Assembly: GCA_964016885.1 (NCBI GenBank)
Contig: OZ024741.1
Location: forward strand, 330,956,001-331,020,000
Length of the DNA: 64,000 bases
Source: Eledone cirrhosa
Lineage: Eukaryota
Direction of reading: 5' to 3'
This document shows positions 39,713 to 51,529 of the stretch, in pieces. The position numbers and the translations under genes were made by a program. The notes under the pieces are model-generated. The model was not told the origin of the DNA. It ran no database searches and saw nothing but the letters and a program-made list of their open reading frames with translations. The stretch's first letter is position 1, and every line of letters begins with the position of its first letter.

Positions 39713-40218
39713 TTTATGTCCGCATTAGTTCACACTGTAAATGTGGTTGGCATTAGGAAGGACATCCAGCTGTAGAAACCAGTCAGAAACAGTTCAGTAT
39801 GATCAAGACACAGTCATCTGATCTGACATAATTCACAACAGGACAGCTCATCTAACCCATGTTAACGCAGAAAAATGCATGTTAAATGGTGATGATGATG
39901 ATGATGATTCCTTGCTGGAATGGGTTGGATGGGTTGTTACAGCTTGAGATCAGATAGGCCAGAGAAACCTCATCTTGCTTACAAGTTCTATATTTAAAAT
40001 GGTTTCTAGAGCTGGATGCCCTCCCTAACACTAACCATCTTACAGGGTGTACTGGGTGCATTTTTATCGTGGCACCACCACTAACACTTTACAGAAAGTA
40101 CTGGGTGCATTTTTTCATGGCACAACCATTATCACTTTATAGAGTGTAATGGGTGTATTTTATAGTGGTACCAGCACTTTACAGGACAAACATATATATA
40201 TATATATAAGTGGCTCAC

Positions 40219-40318
40219 CTTTGAAGTGTTCGTGAGACTCAGTGTTACTTCTCATTAAATCTAACAGGCGACTCTCCAGACCTGTGAAGCGCATGCTGTC
40301 AAAATTATTTCCTCGCTC
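40219..40318 (-). CDS. CPEB2/3/4: CPEB 100-nt exon (ERGNNFDSMRFTGLESRLLDLMRSNTESHEHFK-G)
   Basis: Acceptor tttattttcag|gag, donor aaag|gtgagc; phase 0 to 1; peptide aligns with vertebrate DRSR..DSLN.HSLE.SL.D.MR.E.D.LKG. Confidence 0.9.
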
Positions 40319-41251
40319 CTGAAAATAAATTCATTGAAATGTAAACATCATGTAATTAGAAGTTGGTGGTAGTATTTGAAAATTGAATTGAATTAGTAAC
40401 TTTCACTGTATATTTAATACAAGCCCCCAGAAAGGAAAAAGAAATGAGCATTAGTATGTGTGGGAATCGATTCCTATGCATGCTGATGCCCATTATTTTT
40501 CCATTCAGGAGGTTTATATGCCCTGTTATGGCAAAGCTAACCATGACAGGATTTAGACTCAGTCCCTTCATGTTCTGAGACAGAGTCGATAAAATAAAAT
40601 TGTTAGCCTTGTGCCTAAATCAGAAACCATTATTAGGTTATTTTCTGTTGCATAAATATGGCAGATATTTCTAATTCAATTCAATTACTGAAATGTAGTT
40701 TAGGTTCTCTGTTAGAAATGTACACATGTAGTCTTTTATTTAACCCTTTTGATTCCAACACAACCTAAACTGGCTTCGGTTGTAAGGAACAAAACCTCTC
40801 ATTTGAAAGGGTTCCTATTTAAATCAAAATCTTCCAACATAATTTTATATAGGTATCATATGTTAAGTAACTATCTTAGTAATGAAATAATTCATAATTT
40901 TAGTAAATCCCTCAAAATTCTTCATTAATTGAAATAGAATGTATTTCATTAAGATGGTTAGTTGTATTGGTCTTTTACCTTCCCTTTGGACAACATTGGT
41001 AGTGTGGAGAGGGGAGACTGGCAAGTATATGTGAATACTGGTCTTCCACAAAACACCCTACCCTAGGCTTGTGACACGGGCAGAAATTCCCAGATGTAAA
41101 CCCATGGTCAATCATGACTTAAGGAGAGGGGCAGGGCCATTCCTAGCCATGCTAGATTTTGGTCAGCATTTTTGACCATCTTCAGATTCTATGTAGAGTT
41201 CAGTTATAAAAAAAAAAGGATATTTCATTAATAAACAAAAAGAATACTTAC

Positions 41252-41326
41252 CACAGGAAGATACTCCATCCGACCTGCATCAGTCCAAAGTACAACATTG
41301 TCTGACACCATCTCTCTAGGAATGTT
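41252..41326 (-). CDS. CPEB2/3/4: CPEB 75-nt phase-0 cassette-type exon (NIPREMVSDNVVLWTDAGRMEYLPV)
   Basis: Acceptor tttgtctgacag|aac, donor gtg|gtaagt; open frame, phase 0/0, compatible with both neighbours; unique sequence within a repeat-rich intron. Confidence 0.65.
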
Positions 41327-41708
41327 CTGTCAGACAAACAAAATCAGAGCAACTATATAACAAAAACAGGCTGCGAGACATTAGCACTGTGGCCATTGAG
41401 TAAATTTTCATAAGAATAATCATAAAGATAAAAAGTTAGAATTAAGCTATGGAGAGGTTGGAGAAGTATAATTATAGCTAGAAAGACAAATAAAAAGCAT
41501 TAGGTAGACAGAAAATAAGAACAAAAAACTAATATAGATATATATATATAGGCTGATAGTTAAAATGAAGGATGGAGAGATAGTTCTAAGAAAGATAAAC
41601 AGATAAGCATGAAGACATAAACAGATAGAAGAGTAAGCAAAAATATAAATAAACTCACACACATTTAAAGAACATGATAGGAAATAGTTTGGAACATTGA
41701 GTGTGTAA

Positions 41709-41924
41709 ATATTCCATAAAGTTGTAGTGTACTTGGATACAGATATAGCTGTAAAACAGCTGCCTGCTACGATGGTCATAGCAAAGAATCAGGTTAAACA
41801 AAACCCCTTAATGAACGTTCATTAAGGGGTTTTGTTTAACCTGACTCTAGGCTATGATTATCGTAGCAGCTGGCTGTTTTACAGCTATATCTGCACTCGA
41901 GTTCTCTACAATTTTATGGAATAT
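41709..41924. repeat. ~215-bp palindrome with a perfect 28+28-bp centre
   Basis: tcaggttaaacaaaaccccttaatgaac|gttcattaaggggttttgtttaacctga, with imperfect extension to atattccataaa/tttatggaatat. Confidence 0.9.
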
Positions 41925-41931
41925 ATATATA

Positions 41932-42087
41932 TAGAAGTGGTTACACTACAGTTAGTTCACCATACCGAGAACAATTGTTTCACCTTAGCGGATCCTCAGC
42001 TCGTAATATCCATTACGAGCTGAGGATCCGCTAAGGTGAAACAATTGTTCTCTGTATGGTGAACTAACTGTTGTGTAACCACTTCTA
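41932..42087. repeat. Inverted repeat with 76-bp arms (2 mismatches, 4-nt loop), each arm carrying a minimal hammerhead-like motif; Penelope-like terminal remnant in (TA)n
   Basis: Right arm: tacgag CTGAGGA tccgctaaggt GAAA caattgtt ctc; its mirror image is on the minus strand. Confidence 0.85.
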
Positions 42088-42148
42088 CCTAACTCGTCCC
42101 ATGGACTGAGTGCTCTACCACTACGGATATTACCTTCCAGTGTTCTAC

Positions 42149-42207
<59 letters not shown>

Positions 42208-42210
<3 letters not shown>

Positions 42211-43443
42211 TCATCATCAACGTTTAACGTCCGTGTTCCACGCTTGCATGGGTTTGGACGGGGGTAGTCCCACTTGAGGCAAGAGTGATTGGCTTGCTCG
42301 CATAGGACTGTCTGGCAGGTTTTCTACAGTTGGATGCCCTTCCTAACACCAACCACATTTACAGTGTGGGTCTGGGAGGTTTTTACCGCGTTGCCTACAC
42401 GGCCACATTACAGCGTGGACTGTGTGTTTTTTTGTTGTGACACCTAAATGATCTCATTTGTTTCGGCCTGGATGGCGCGGCACCAACATAACTTTACATA
42501 GAACGGGGTGGTGTGGATGGGGTGGGGGTGGTGGTGGTGGGACGGGGTGTATTTTGTTAGAGATGCCTACTGGCTGGAGTAGGTTTTACTATATATTTAG
42601 GTAAGGCGGGTCTTCTCTGTTACTGAGTACCGCCAAAGGTCTCGGTCCAGTGACATTGTCTTGGAGAGGTGTAAGTGTGTGATGTCGGAGTTTATCAGCT
42701 CGTCCCAGGTTTTTCTAGGTCTGCCTATTCCGTGACTACCGTCTATCTTTATTGCCCTGCACTTTGTTATACAGCTATCGACTTTCATGCGCATCACGTG
42801 TCCATACCAACGTAGCCTTCTCTCGAGTAAACAACATCTGATCCCTCTTATCTCTAATTTTTTCCTTAGTTCGTTTATGCTTTGCCGTTCACGTATATTA
42901 CTGTTACACATCCAGCGGAGCATGCAAGCTTCGTTCCTCTCTAGTCTGCGTATATCCTCTGCACACAATGCCCAGGTCTCACTGCCATGCAACATTGCTG
43001 TTCGTATGCAGGCATCATACAACCTGCCTTTCATTTTTAGGGAGAACCCTTTAGCGGCTAATAGTGGTATAAGCTCTCTGAACTTTTTCCATCCAGTTCT
43101 GACTCTAGCTACTGTACTTTCAGAGCACCCTCCCCCACTGCTGATCTTGTCACCCAGGTAACGGAAGCTGTCCACTATTTCTATAGAACCCTCTGCGCAA
43201 TTGAAAGAGCTAGTATTTTGTGGGCACTTGCTGCTACTTATTGCACCAGAACACCGGCCACATGTAAAATCTATGTTCTTAGTTAGCTTACCTGTGATCC
43301 CACTACATCTTTTATGCACCCATACTTTGCATTTAGGACATAAAATGGAGTTTCTACCTACGCCTTTCCTACACACCGAGCACGACCATTTCCCAGAAGG
43401 GACCGCCGCCTTGTTTTCTTTCCTACAAACTAGAACTTTGGTC

Positions 43444-43444
<1 letters not shown>
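42208..43444 (-). mobile_element. RTE LINE 3' fragment (~1.2 kb), near-identical to 31677-32894, inverted
   Basis: ORF 42597..43376 peptide is almost identical to the C-terminus of ORF 31381..32535; same 3' UTR and (ATC)n end. Confidence 0.95.
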
Positions 43445-43495
<51 letters not shown>

Positions 43496-43523
43496 TATAT
43501 ATATATATGTGTGTGTGTGTGTA

Positions 43524-43557
<34 letters not shown>

Positions 43558-43654
43558 CACACACATGCACATACACAGATAGACTAGGACAGGACTAGCA
43601 AGGAGAGACAAAGATATGAAAAACAAAAAAAACATGTTTAAAGAAAATACTTAC

Positions 43655-45475
43655 AGAATATGCAAGTAAAACATCCCGTTGGTCATCAACACTAGTAATC
43701 TCGACAGAAGGCTTTGCACCGACCGCTGCTTGTTGCTGCATTTGACCTGGGAACGATGTACTCCGCCGGAACTTGGAAGGAGAAATAAGAGCAGTCTGAC
43801 CAAGCTGAGGATGTGACTGGCCTTGGTTAGGGTTCAGAGGACCTTGATGTCCAAGGGAGGTACCCTGGTGAGAATGAGTACCATGTGGTCCGACTGGATT
43901 ACCACCACTCTGCTGTTGCTGTTGTTGTCCTGGTTGGCTTTGAAAAGTTGGTTTTTTAATTGGAGCCACAGGGTTTATACTTGGGACAGAACGACGTTGT
44001 TGGTGATGTTGTCCTGCTGGCTGTTGTTGAGGTATGCTAGCCCAAGGAGAGAGACCAGCAGCTGCCTGCTGTTGGTGATGTTGGTTTTGTTGAGAAGCTA
44101 ATGACACACCCTGTGACTGTGACATAGTCACCCCAGGGCTAACAATAGTACTTTGCCCTTGAACACCTGTACTGCCACCTGGAGTTCCTGCGCCACCACT
44201 TTGACTATTCCCACTGCTATTACCTCCCCCTGGCTGAGCTGTTGCAGTTGCTGTGGTCCACAGTGATGGCTGAGGGGCTGAACTCCATGCAGGATATGTT
44301 TTAGAGGTATTAAGCAAAATATTTGCTTGTTGCTGTTGTCGCTGCTGTTGCTGCTGCTGTTGAAAGTTATGATGGGCTGTTATCGCTCGTCTCTGAGGGG
44401 CTGTAGCTTGCTGCTGAGCAGCCATATGTCCAAGGCTGCTCATATGAGCAGCAGCAGTTATCCCTGTACCAAATAGTGTGTTATGGTTAGGGGGAAATTG
44501 CTGAAAGGCAACGGTTCCATTCAATGACTGGAAGCCCTGCAGGAAAGTATCTTCAGCTGATGCAGTCGACCAAAAGTTTGGTACAACTGATGCAGCAGAG
44601 GAAGATGACGCTGGTGAAGACGATGAAGATGTAATAGATGAGGAGTACGAAGAGGAAGAGGAAGCAGCAACACCAGCAGCAGTCAATGACGTCACCCCAA
44701 CAGCTGGATTTGGAGCAACAGAGTCTGTAGTTAGACCGAGATGTAATGGAGATGAAACAACACCTCCAAGAAGTTGATCTGCTACTGTAGTGGGTTGTTG
44801 TTGTTGTGATGACACTGAACCAGAGCCTATTGATGTCCCCGGTTGTTGCTGTTGCTGTGGCATCTGAGCTTGCTTCTTTTTGTTGCTACTGTTAGGAATT
44901 GCAATATTGCCACAGTTGTTACCAGCTGCACTGCTGTTGTTACTGGTGCTACTGTTATTGTTGTTGCTGCACACTACTGCAGCTGTTGTCGCCACAGTAG
45001 TAGTTCCAGTCCCGCTTGTTTCACTGCCGTTCACACCAGCTCCTACTGTACTGTTGTCTCCCCCTGTTGTGCCGTTGTCTCCAACCACTACAACCCCACC
45101 AACACCATCCATAACTTTACCCAAACGCGCAGAATGCAATGTTCCCACTCCTCCACTGCAGCTTTCACCGTTACAGTTGTTGCTATTGGCAACTATATTC
45201 ACTGCTGAATTATTACCTATTAAGTCAGTTGAGTCAGTGCAGGCCGCCAGCGGCACACCAAACTTCAATAAGTTAGTAGAGGAACAGTGTTGAGGAATTT
45301 GATTACAAAGTCCTCCTAGTACACCAAGTTGGCTGGAGTGCTCAACTTGCTGGCTACTGTCTCTATCAGACATCGTGGACATCTGTTGGACATGCAAATC
45401 ACTGAGGTTGACAGATGCTGGGTGATAAAGGTTTTCGCAGAAAATGAACTGATCCAAAAGACTTCCATCTTGCAT
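43655..45475 (-). CDS. CPEB2/3/4: CPEB first coding exon: 607-aa low-complexity Q/S/G/N-rich (prion-like) N-terminal domain
   Basis: ORF 43595..45475; starts MQDGSLLDQ (cf. vertebrate CPEB3 MQDDLL); carries PQRRAITAHHNF, QRRSVP and ISPSKFRRSTSFP motifs resembling Orb2/CPEB2-4 N-termini; ends ...LLAYS at donor TCT|gtaagt (phase 0). Probable acceptor upstream at 45941 (tttatttag|atg) gives a 5' UTR part 45476-45941. Confidence 0.9.
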
Positions 45476-46109
45476 TTTATTGTAAACTAAAAATAATAGA
45501 TTGGGTGATGTCCTTAGGATTATAAAAATAGACTACTGATACTGCTAAACAGATATAAATTATTTTAGTCCTTTTCTCATCCACAATTAAGTCAGTCAGT
45601 ATGTGTGTGTTTGTTTGTGTATCTTCTAATGTCTTTCCATTTATCCAGTTATCCAGTGGTTAACTTGAAAACAAAACAAATAAATATTTAGTTGTCTTGT
45701 TTGAATTTTCTTTGTCATTACAAAAAGAAAAAAAAAAAAAGAAAAGTTTATTTAAAAAAAAAAAAAAAAAAATCTAAGTGAGGACAAGAAAAGCCATTGC
45801 TTGAACCAGTTACAGTTTACTTAAAGAGTGTATAGAAAGACAGGGAACAGGAAAAAGTTCTTGTCTCACCCTGGGGTGGCTAAGTTTTTCAAGTTTCTTC
45901 TTCCAGTTGAATAAGGTAGTTTATTTTGCAGCCAGCAACATCTAAATAAAATAAAATAAAATAAAAAAGAAAGAGAGATGAAAAATTTATTTCAAAATCT
46001 CCTCAGCATTATCAATAAAATAATAAAGTAATAAGTACCACAAGAGAAATACTATTGGATAAAGATTGTTGTTATGTAGCTTCTGCTAGCTCTGCTTCAG
46101 TAACATTGT

Positions 46110-46290
46110 GGATTGGCAGTATCGGTAGCGGGTCGGACGCCATGCTTTCCAGCATAGTTATGTCCCTTTACGGTCTGAGTTCAAATCCCGCCGAGGTTAA
46201 CTTTGCCTTTCATCCTTACAGGGTCGATAAAATAAAGTACCAGTAATGTACTGGGTAATTGATGGCCTTGTGCCAAAAGTGGAAACAATT
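46110..46290 (+). mobile_element. tRNA-derived Deu/Nin-domain-like SINE
   Basis: tggcagtatcggtagc..ctgagttcaaatcccgccgaggttaactttgcctttcatcc..ggtcgataaaataaagtaccag. Confidence 0.8.
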
Positions 46291-46299
46291 ATGATATTG

Positions 46300-46765
46300 A
46301 TTAAGACAATCAAAAGGTGCAGAGCACTAGAAGTTGATGGAAACCGCGGAGTGGGGAGACCCAAGATGACCTGGGATGAGGTGATAAAAACCGACCTTAC
46401 CCAATTACACCTCTCAAAGGCAATGACACACGACCGTGACCTCTGGCGTCACGCAGTAATACAGAGTACCCGACCTCCCATGGGTACAAGCTGAAGCATA
46501 TAGACAATATGCCCCCACCGCAAAAAAGCACCCAGCCCACACTGTAAAGTGGACGTGTAGGCGCCACGAAAAAGCACCCAGCACTCACTGTAAATGAGGT
46601 TGGTGTTAGGAAGGGCATCCAGCTGTAGAAATCAAGCCAAATCAGTTCCTGTATGAGCAAGGCATGGTCAGCCGACCAGACACTGCCCACAACAGGACAA
46701 CCCGTCTAACCCATGCTAGCGTGGAAGAACGGACGTAAAACGGTGATGATGATGATGATGATGAA
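46300..46765 (+). mobile_element. RTE LINE 3' fragment (subfamily 2)
   Basis: IKRCRALEVDGNRGVGRPKMTWDEVIKTDL and (GAT)n tail. Confidence 0.92.
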
Positions 46766-49700
46766 TCAAATTATGATGATGGAACTATAGATGAACACAC
46801 AGGATATGGCATGTTACAAATGCACCAATACAACATGAAAATGAAAGCAAAATTGGTTTCATCATCATCACAATTTAGTGTCCATTTTCCCACGCTTGCA
46901 TGAGTTAGATGGGTTGTTGTTATGAGACAAGTCAGGTCAGGAGACCATTTCTTGCTCATATGGATCTCTATTTTGGCTTGGTTTCTACGGCTAGATGCCC
47001 TTCCTAACACCAACCATAATACAGTGTGAATTGGGTGCTTTTTATCATAGCACCAAGATGATCTTCTAACAGAGTGAACTGGGTGGTTTTTATCATATCA
47101 CCAGCACAACCACTTTACAGAGTGGACTGGGTACTTTTTGTTGAGTCATCAGTATGACCACCTTACAGGATGAATGGGGTACTTTTACTTGTGTCACCAG
47201 CACAACCACCCTACAGAGTGTATTTGAAGCTGCCACTTGTCATGTTTCCAATATGACCACCTTACAGGATGAACTGGGTGCTTTTGTTGTGGTGCCAGAT
47301 TGCCATTATGGCACAAGCATTATGGGAGAGGGGTGGTCAGATTACAAGTGTATCCAGCTTTCCATGCTTGTATCTAGGGGTTGAACAAAACAGGAGAGGT
47401 ACATCATGAGTGTGGAAGGTGGGGAAGGGATGGAGTACAGAAGTTGGACATGGATGAAGTGGGATATCTAGTTGGCAGGCTATTAAGACTGGGATGGGTG
47501 AGTGGGGGAAGGGAGTAAAGGGAGATAAAAGTATATTTGATACTACAGAATGGATTCTGATTTAGGCACAAGGCCAGCAATTTGAAGGGAAGGGGGAAAG
47601 TCAATTAAATCGATCCCAATTACTAGTACTTTATTTTATCAACCCTGTAAGAATGAAAGGCCAAGTTAGCATCAGGTGGGATTTGCACACAGGACGCAAA
47701 GGTCCATAACTCTATGCCATGAAGCATGTTGTCTGATGCTCTACTGATATTGCAATGCACTGCCCTGTGATACCATAAGTTTTAGATATGATCATCATAA
47801 TTTTACGTCTGCTTTTCCATGCTTGCATGGGTTGGACTATGTATATTATAAGTTATACTTTCCATAATTTTTGGCAGTTTTCTTCCTATCATCAAGCACT
47901 TTACAACATGAACTGGGTGCATTTTATCATGCCACAAGCACTAGAAAAATTGTCTAACAGGACTGAAAGGTCCTCTCTACCCTATATCAGTTTTTATTCA
48001 GTAACTACTCTCCTCGGTGGGTTGTCTTCACTATGGCTTACAGAGCTTATGCTTTATAAAGATTTTAATATAATTTAAAGAGTATTTATATTTAAAACGT
48101 GTATACCTGATAGTGAATGACACTACCCAATTTCACTCACAAAGCTTGGGTTGACCTGAGATTTTAGTAAAAGACACTTGCCACAAAATGCCACACAGAT
48201 AGTTTGAATCCATGATCATATGATTGCAAAGTGAACTTCATAACCACTTTTTTAGATAGATACACAACATCCAGTCATTTTACTTCTATTTCAGTTGTGT
48301 CAACTATAAGACTATACATCGCCACCATAAATATAACAACTGGGTCATCTATCAATCAAATAGGAAAAGCTGTAAAAAGACATTAATTAAAATAACAAAC
48401 AAACAAACAAAAAAGAACAGAAAACCAACATACACCTGCCAAAACAAACTACTCAAATAACTGGCAAAAAAATATATTCATTTTCTATTCAATGTGCTAA
48501 AACACACACATACAACAGCATCATTATCATCATCATTTTATTCCAATTTTCATGCGAGCATGGGCTGGACTGGCTGCCATAGTTCAAGACTGAGGCAACC
48601 ATGTTTTGTCCCAAAACTCCATTTTTGGAATGGTCTCTACGGCTAGATGGCCTTCCTAATGCCAATCACTTTACAGGGTGTACTGGATACATTTTATCAT
48701 GGTATCAGCACTACCACTTTACAGAGTGTACTGAGTACATTTTATTGTAGCGTTAGCACTATCACTTTATAGAGTGTACTGGGTGCATTTTATTGTGGCA
48801 CCAACATTGCCACTTATATTTAAAAACTGAAAATACTGACTTGGAAATTTATTTAGCATTTTTGCATTAAAAAAATAAAAATAATAATGACCTTAAATAA
48901 TCACTAAAATAACTTTTCTAACTTTTCACTCTTTATATGATTTCACCTTTTTTCTTCATTTATTTAACCTTGTCATTCACACACTGCTATAAACTTTCTA
49001 GTTTGACTTGCTGTCTCATCCCCAACACACAGACTATCACAGGAGCTTCAATATAATGAAGTAACCCTGTTTAATTTACACAGAGACACTTTTACTTATG
49101 ACTTTCCTGTATAATATATAGAGGTAAACAAACAGTGCCATTTCTACAGACATATTGTGTGCGTGTGTGCGCGTGCGTGCGTGCGTGTTGGAATGGTATT
49201 AATTATGGCTAATATGGATAGAACTATCACAATTGACTGGACCACACACAACACCCAACCAGGCAGAAGCATTTATACTGTTCAGATAATGCATGGAAGT
49301 GTATTTCATTATAAACAAAGTTAAAGAAGAATAGCAAGTAACCTATATACTATTTGAAATAGGTGATGAAGGATTAAGACATTACAACTCTTGGAAACAC
49401 CATCTTGTTTTTTGTTTCTCAACCATAAGAAATACTAGATACTTCCACTAGTCTGTCATGGCTTACTAGCTCTATACAGACGTTTAAATTGCTTAAATAA
49501 ATAAATAATAAATTGTCATAAATCATCTCTACAACACTGCATTATCTTGTCGTAAACTAAAGACTCAATCATATTTACAAAAATTCTCTCCTGAGGAAAA
49601 GCTAGACATATCTGTTTAACTTTGAAACGTGTAGTGAGAATTTGTAAGCTTTGGGCTATATTGAAACACATTATAACTCTTCTCACAAGACTGAGTTCTC

Positions 49701-50229
49701 TCCACTCCACTGAACATTCTGTTACATCATCATAATTTCTATGTACTTTTTTTGATGCATGCGTGGGATAGAAGTGTATTTTCCAGCACAGCTTCCCATT
49801 GCGTTCTTTTGTCATCTCTTTTGTGAGGTTAAGTGATTTGAAATCAACTATCACCATTTGTACACGTCTTCCTCTTCTGTAGCTTTCTTCCACTGACCAT
49901 CATCATCAATATGCATCATGTGTTCATACCAGCAGTCTTATCTCTTCCACATTGCATCTGACTCCTCGTCTACCTAGTTTTTCTCTTAACTCATCTGTGC
50001 TACATCATTCATGCAAACAAACATTACACCTTCATTGGAACATGCTTGATTCTTTTTTGTCCAGTCCTCACATATCCTTTGCATCTAATGCCCATGTCTC
50101 ACTACCACGCAACATCTGACATCACACACAGGCATCATACAGCCTTCTTGGGCATCACTTTAGACACTCAAAACAAGCCTAATATACATACATAGGAACT
50201 CCCCCACTCCTGCCCTAGACACACCAGCT

Positions 50230-50960
50230 ATAGTTAGGAAACCAGTGAATAAATGGGAATAACAGAAAACTCTCTAGCTTATTGTCAAAGAAATCTGCAA
50301 CAGAGCTGCATTGCATTACAACGAAGCACTACCAAGAAGTAACTTTAAAGAAAAGCTAGTGTACAACAGACTTAGAAAGAGAAACATTTTTTAGTTCAAT
50401 CCTCTAATTAATCTAGATGTATCCCCAAGCTAAGGATTTCCTGTCGCTAATTAGATAGCGCTTCCCAAATAACCACAAATACCATAAGCGCTTTAACTGC
50501 AATAGCATTAAGCTTATCCAACATAGCATGTTGTAACAGAAATAACATGCACCAACATAGACCCCACCACAAGCACCAGCATGCAATTGTTCTCTGGGGG
50601 AAACTGCATCACAAAGGCTATGCTCAAGACAGCCTACTCCACATCACCAGATGGTATCTAAATGGGCTAACAGTCAGTGAAATGGAGGGTAGATCCACCC
50701 AGCATATATACCCCTTTTGAGGCAGGCACGGGGAAAATTTAATCTCTTTGTCCAATTTTATCTGGAGACTTTGAGAAAACATATCTAGCTCAGCATTATA
50801 TGGGACATCAGAGACAGGGCACCTCTTTACAACATGAAAGACCATAACTGCCAACTTTGGCCTCCACAAGAAGCTGCACATATTGGATCAATGAGAAAAC
50901 TGACTCCATATTTTACTGCCAAAGAGGAAACACTTTGTTAGCCAATTTCAATCCACTACT
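50230..50960 (+). mobile_element. Highly degenerate Penelope-like element fragment (RT C-terminus / GIY-YIG region)
   Basis: Remnant peptides RKRNIF-FNP, NHKYHKRFNCNSIKL and CNCSLGGNCIT parallel the 57770-58680 fragment. Confidence 0.5.
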
Positions 50961-51529
50961 ACCAATATCCCACAAACACCACCATAGTGCCATCTGGCCC
51001 ATGGACGAACAACCCTCATCCTCAAACCAGCATATATATATCATAAGAATACCTACATTAATCAGAGTGCAACATCAGATCTAAGAAAAGGACATCTGTA
51101 TTAATCTGACATTAACCTCAAATACACAAAAAATGAACACCTCCATTAAAGCCTGCATCATCATCATTTTACGTCAGCTTTTATTGCTGGCACGCACTGG
51201 ACAGGTTGTCAAAGTCCATGGCCAGGCAAGTCAGAGATACCTCCTCTAGTCCACATGTTCCATATTTGGCATGGCTTCTATGGTTGGATGCATTTTATCA
51301 TGGCGCAGACACTCTAAAGAGGTTGTCTTATGCGCAGCTAGACTGAAGAATCACACTACTCTATATTGTGTCCTTTTGATCGCCAAGAATGTATCGGATG
51401 CATTCTATCATAGTATGAACTTTGTCTCAGTGTGTTAAGGGCCCTGTTCCTCCTCCACATCATATAGTTTCTATTCGCCATATTCACTTTTAGTGTTACA
51501 GAGTTTGTACTGGTGGGCAGGTTTGATGT

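Larger units (their letters stand above)
20637..45941 (-). other. CPEB2/3/4: Gene model: CPEB2/3/4 (orb2-like) cytoplasmic polyadenylation element-binding protein, 10 coding exons, ~978 aa with all cassette exons; upstream non-coding exon(s) not located
   Basis: Hand-spliced exons join in frame (1821+75+100+24+183+90+119+115+182+228=2937 nt). C-terminal RRM1/RRM2/ZZ sequence (RKVFVGGLPPDIDE, DWPHKAESKSYFPPKG, RKTIFVGGVPRPLRA, YAGIDTDPELKYPKGAGRV, CANVTCLQYYCE, REFHKPLVKEG..RW) is nearly identical to the CPEB2-4/Orb2 subfamily rather than CPEB1/Orb. Confidence 0.95.

Noticed and set aside
27568-43654. HDV-like (CPEB3-type) ribozyme in the CPEB introns
   Set aside because: Looked for the nested double-pseudoknot signature and found no convincing match by eye; an Infernal search would be needed to exclude it.
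43823-45293. Plus-strand ORFs overlapping the large CPEB exon
   Set aside because: Antisense shadows of a GC-balanced low-complexity coding exon.
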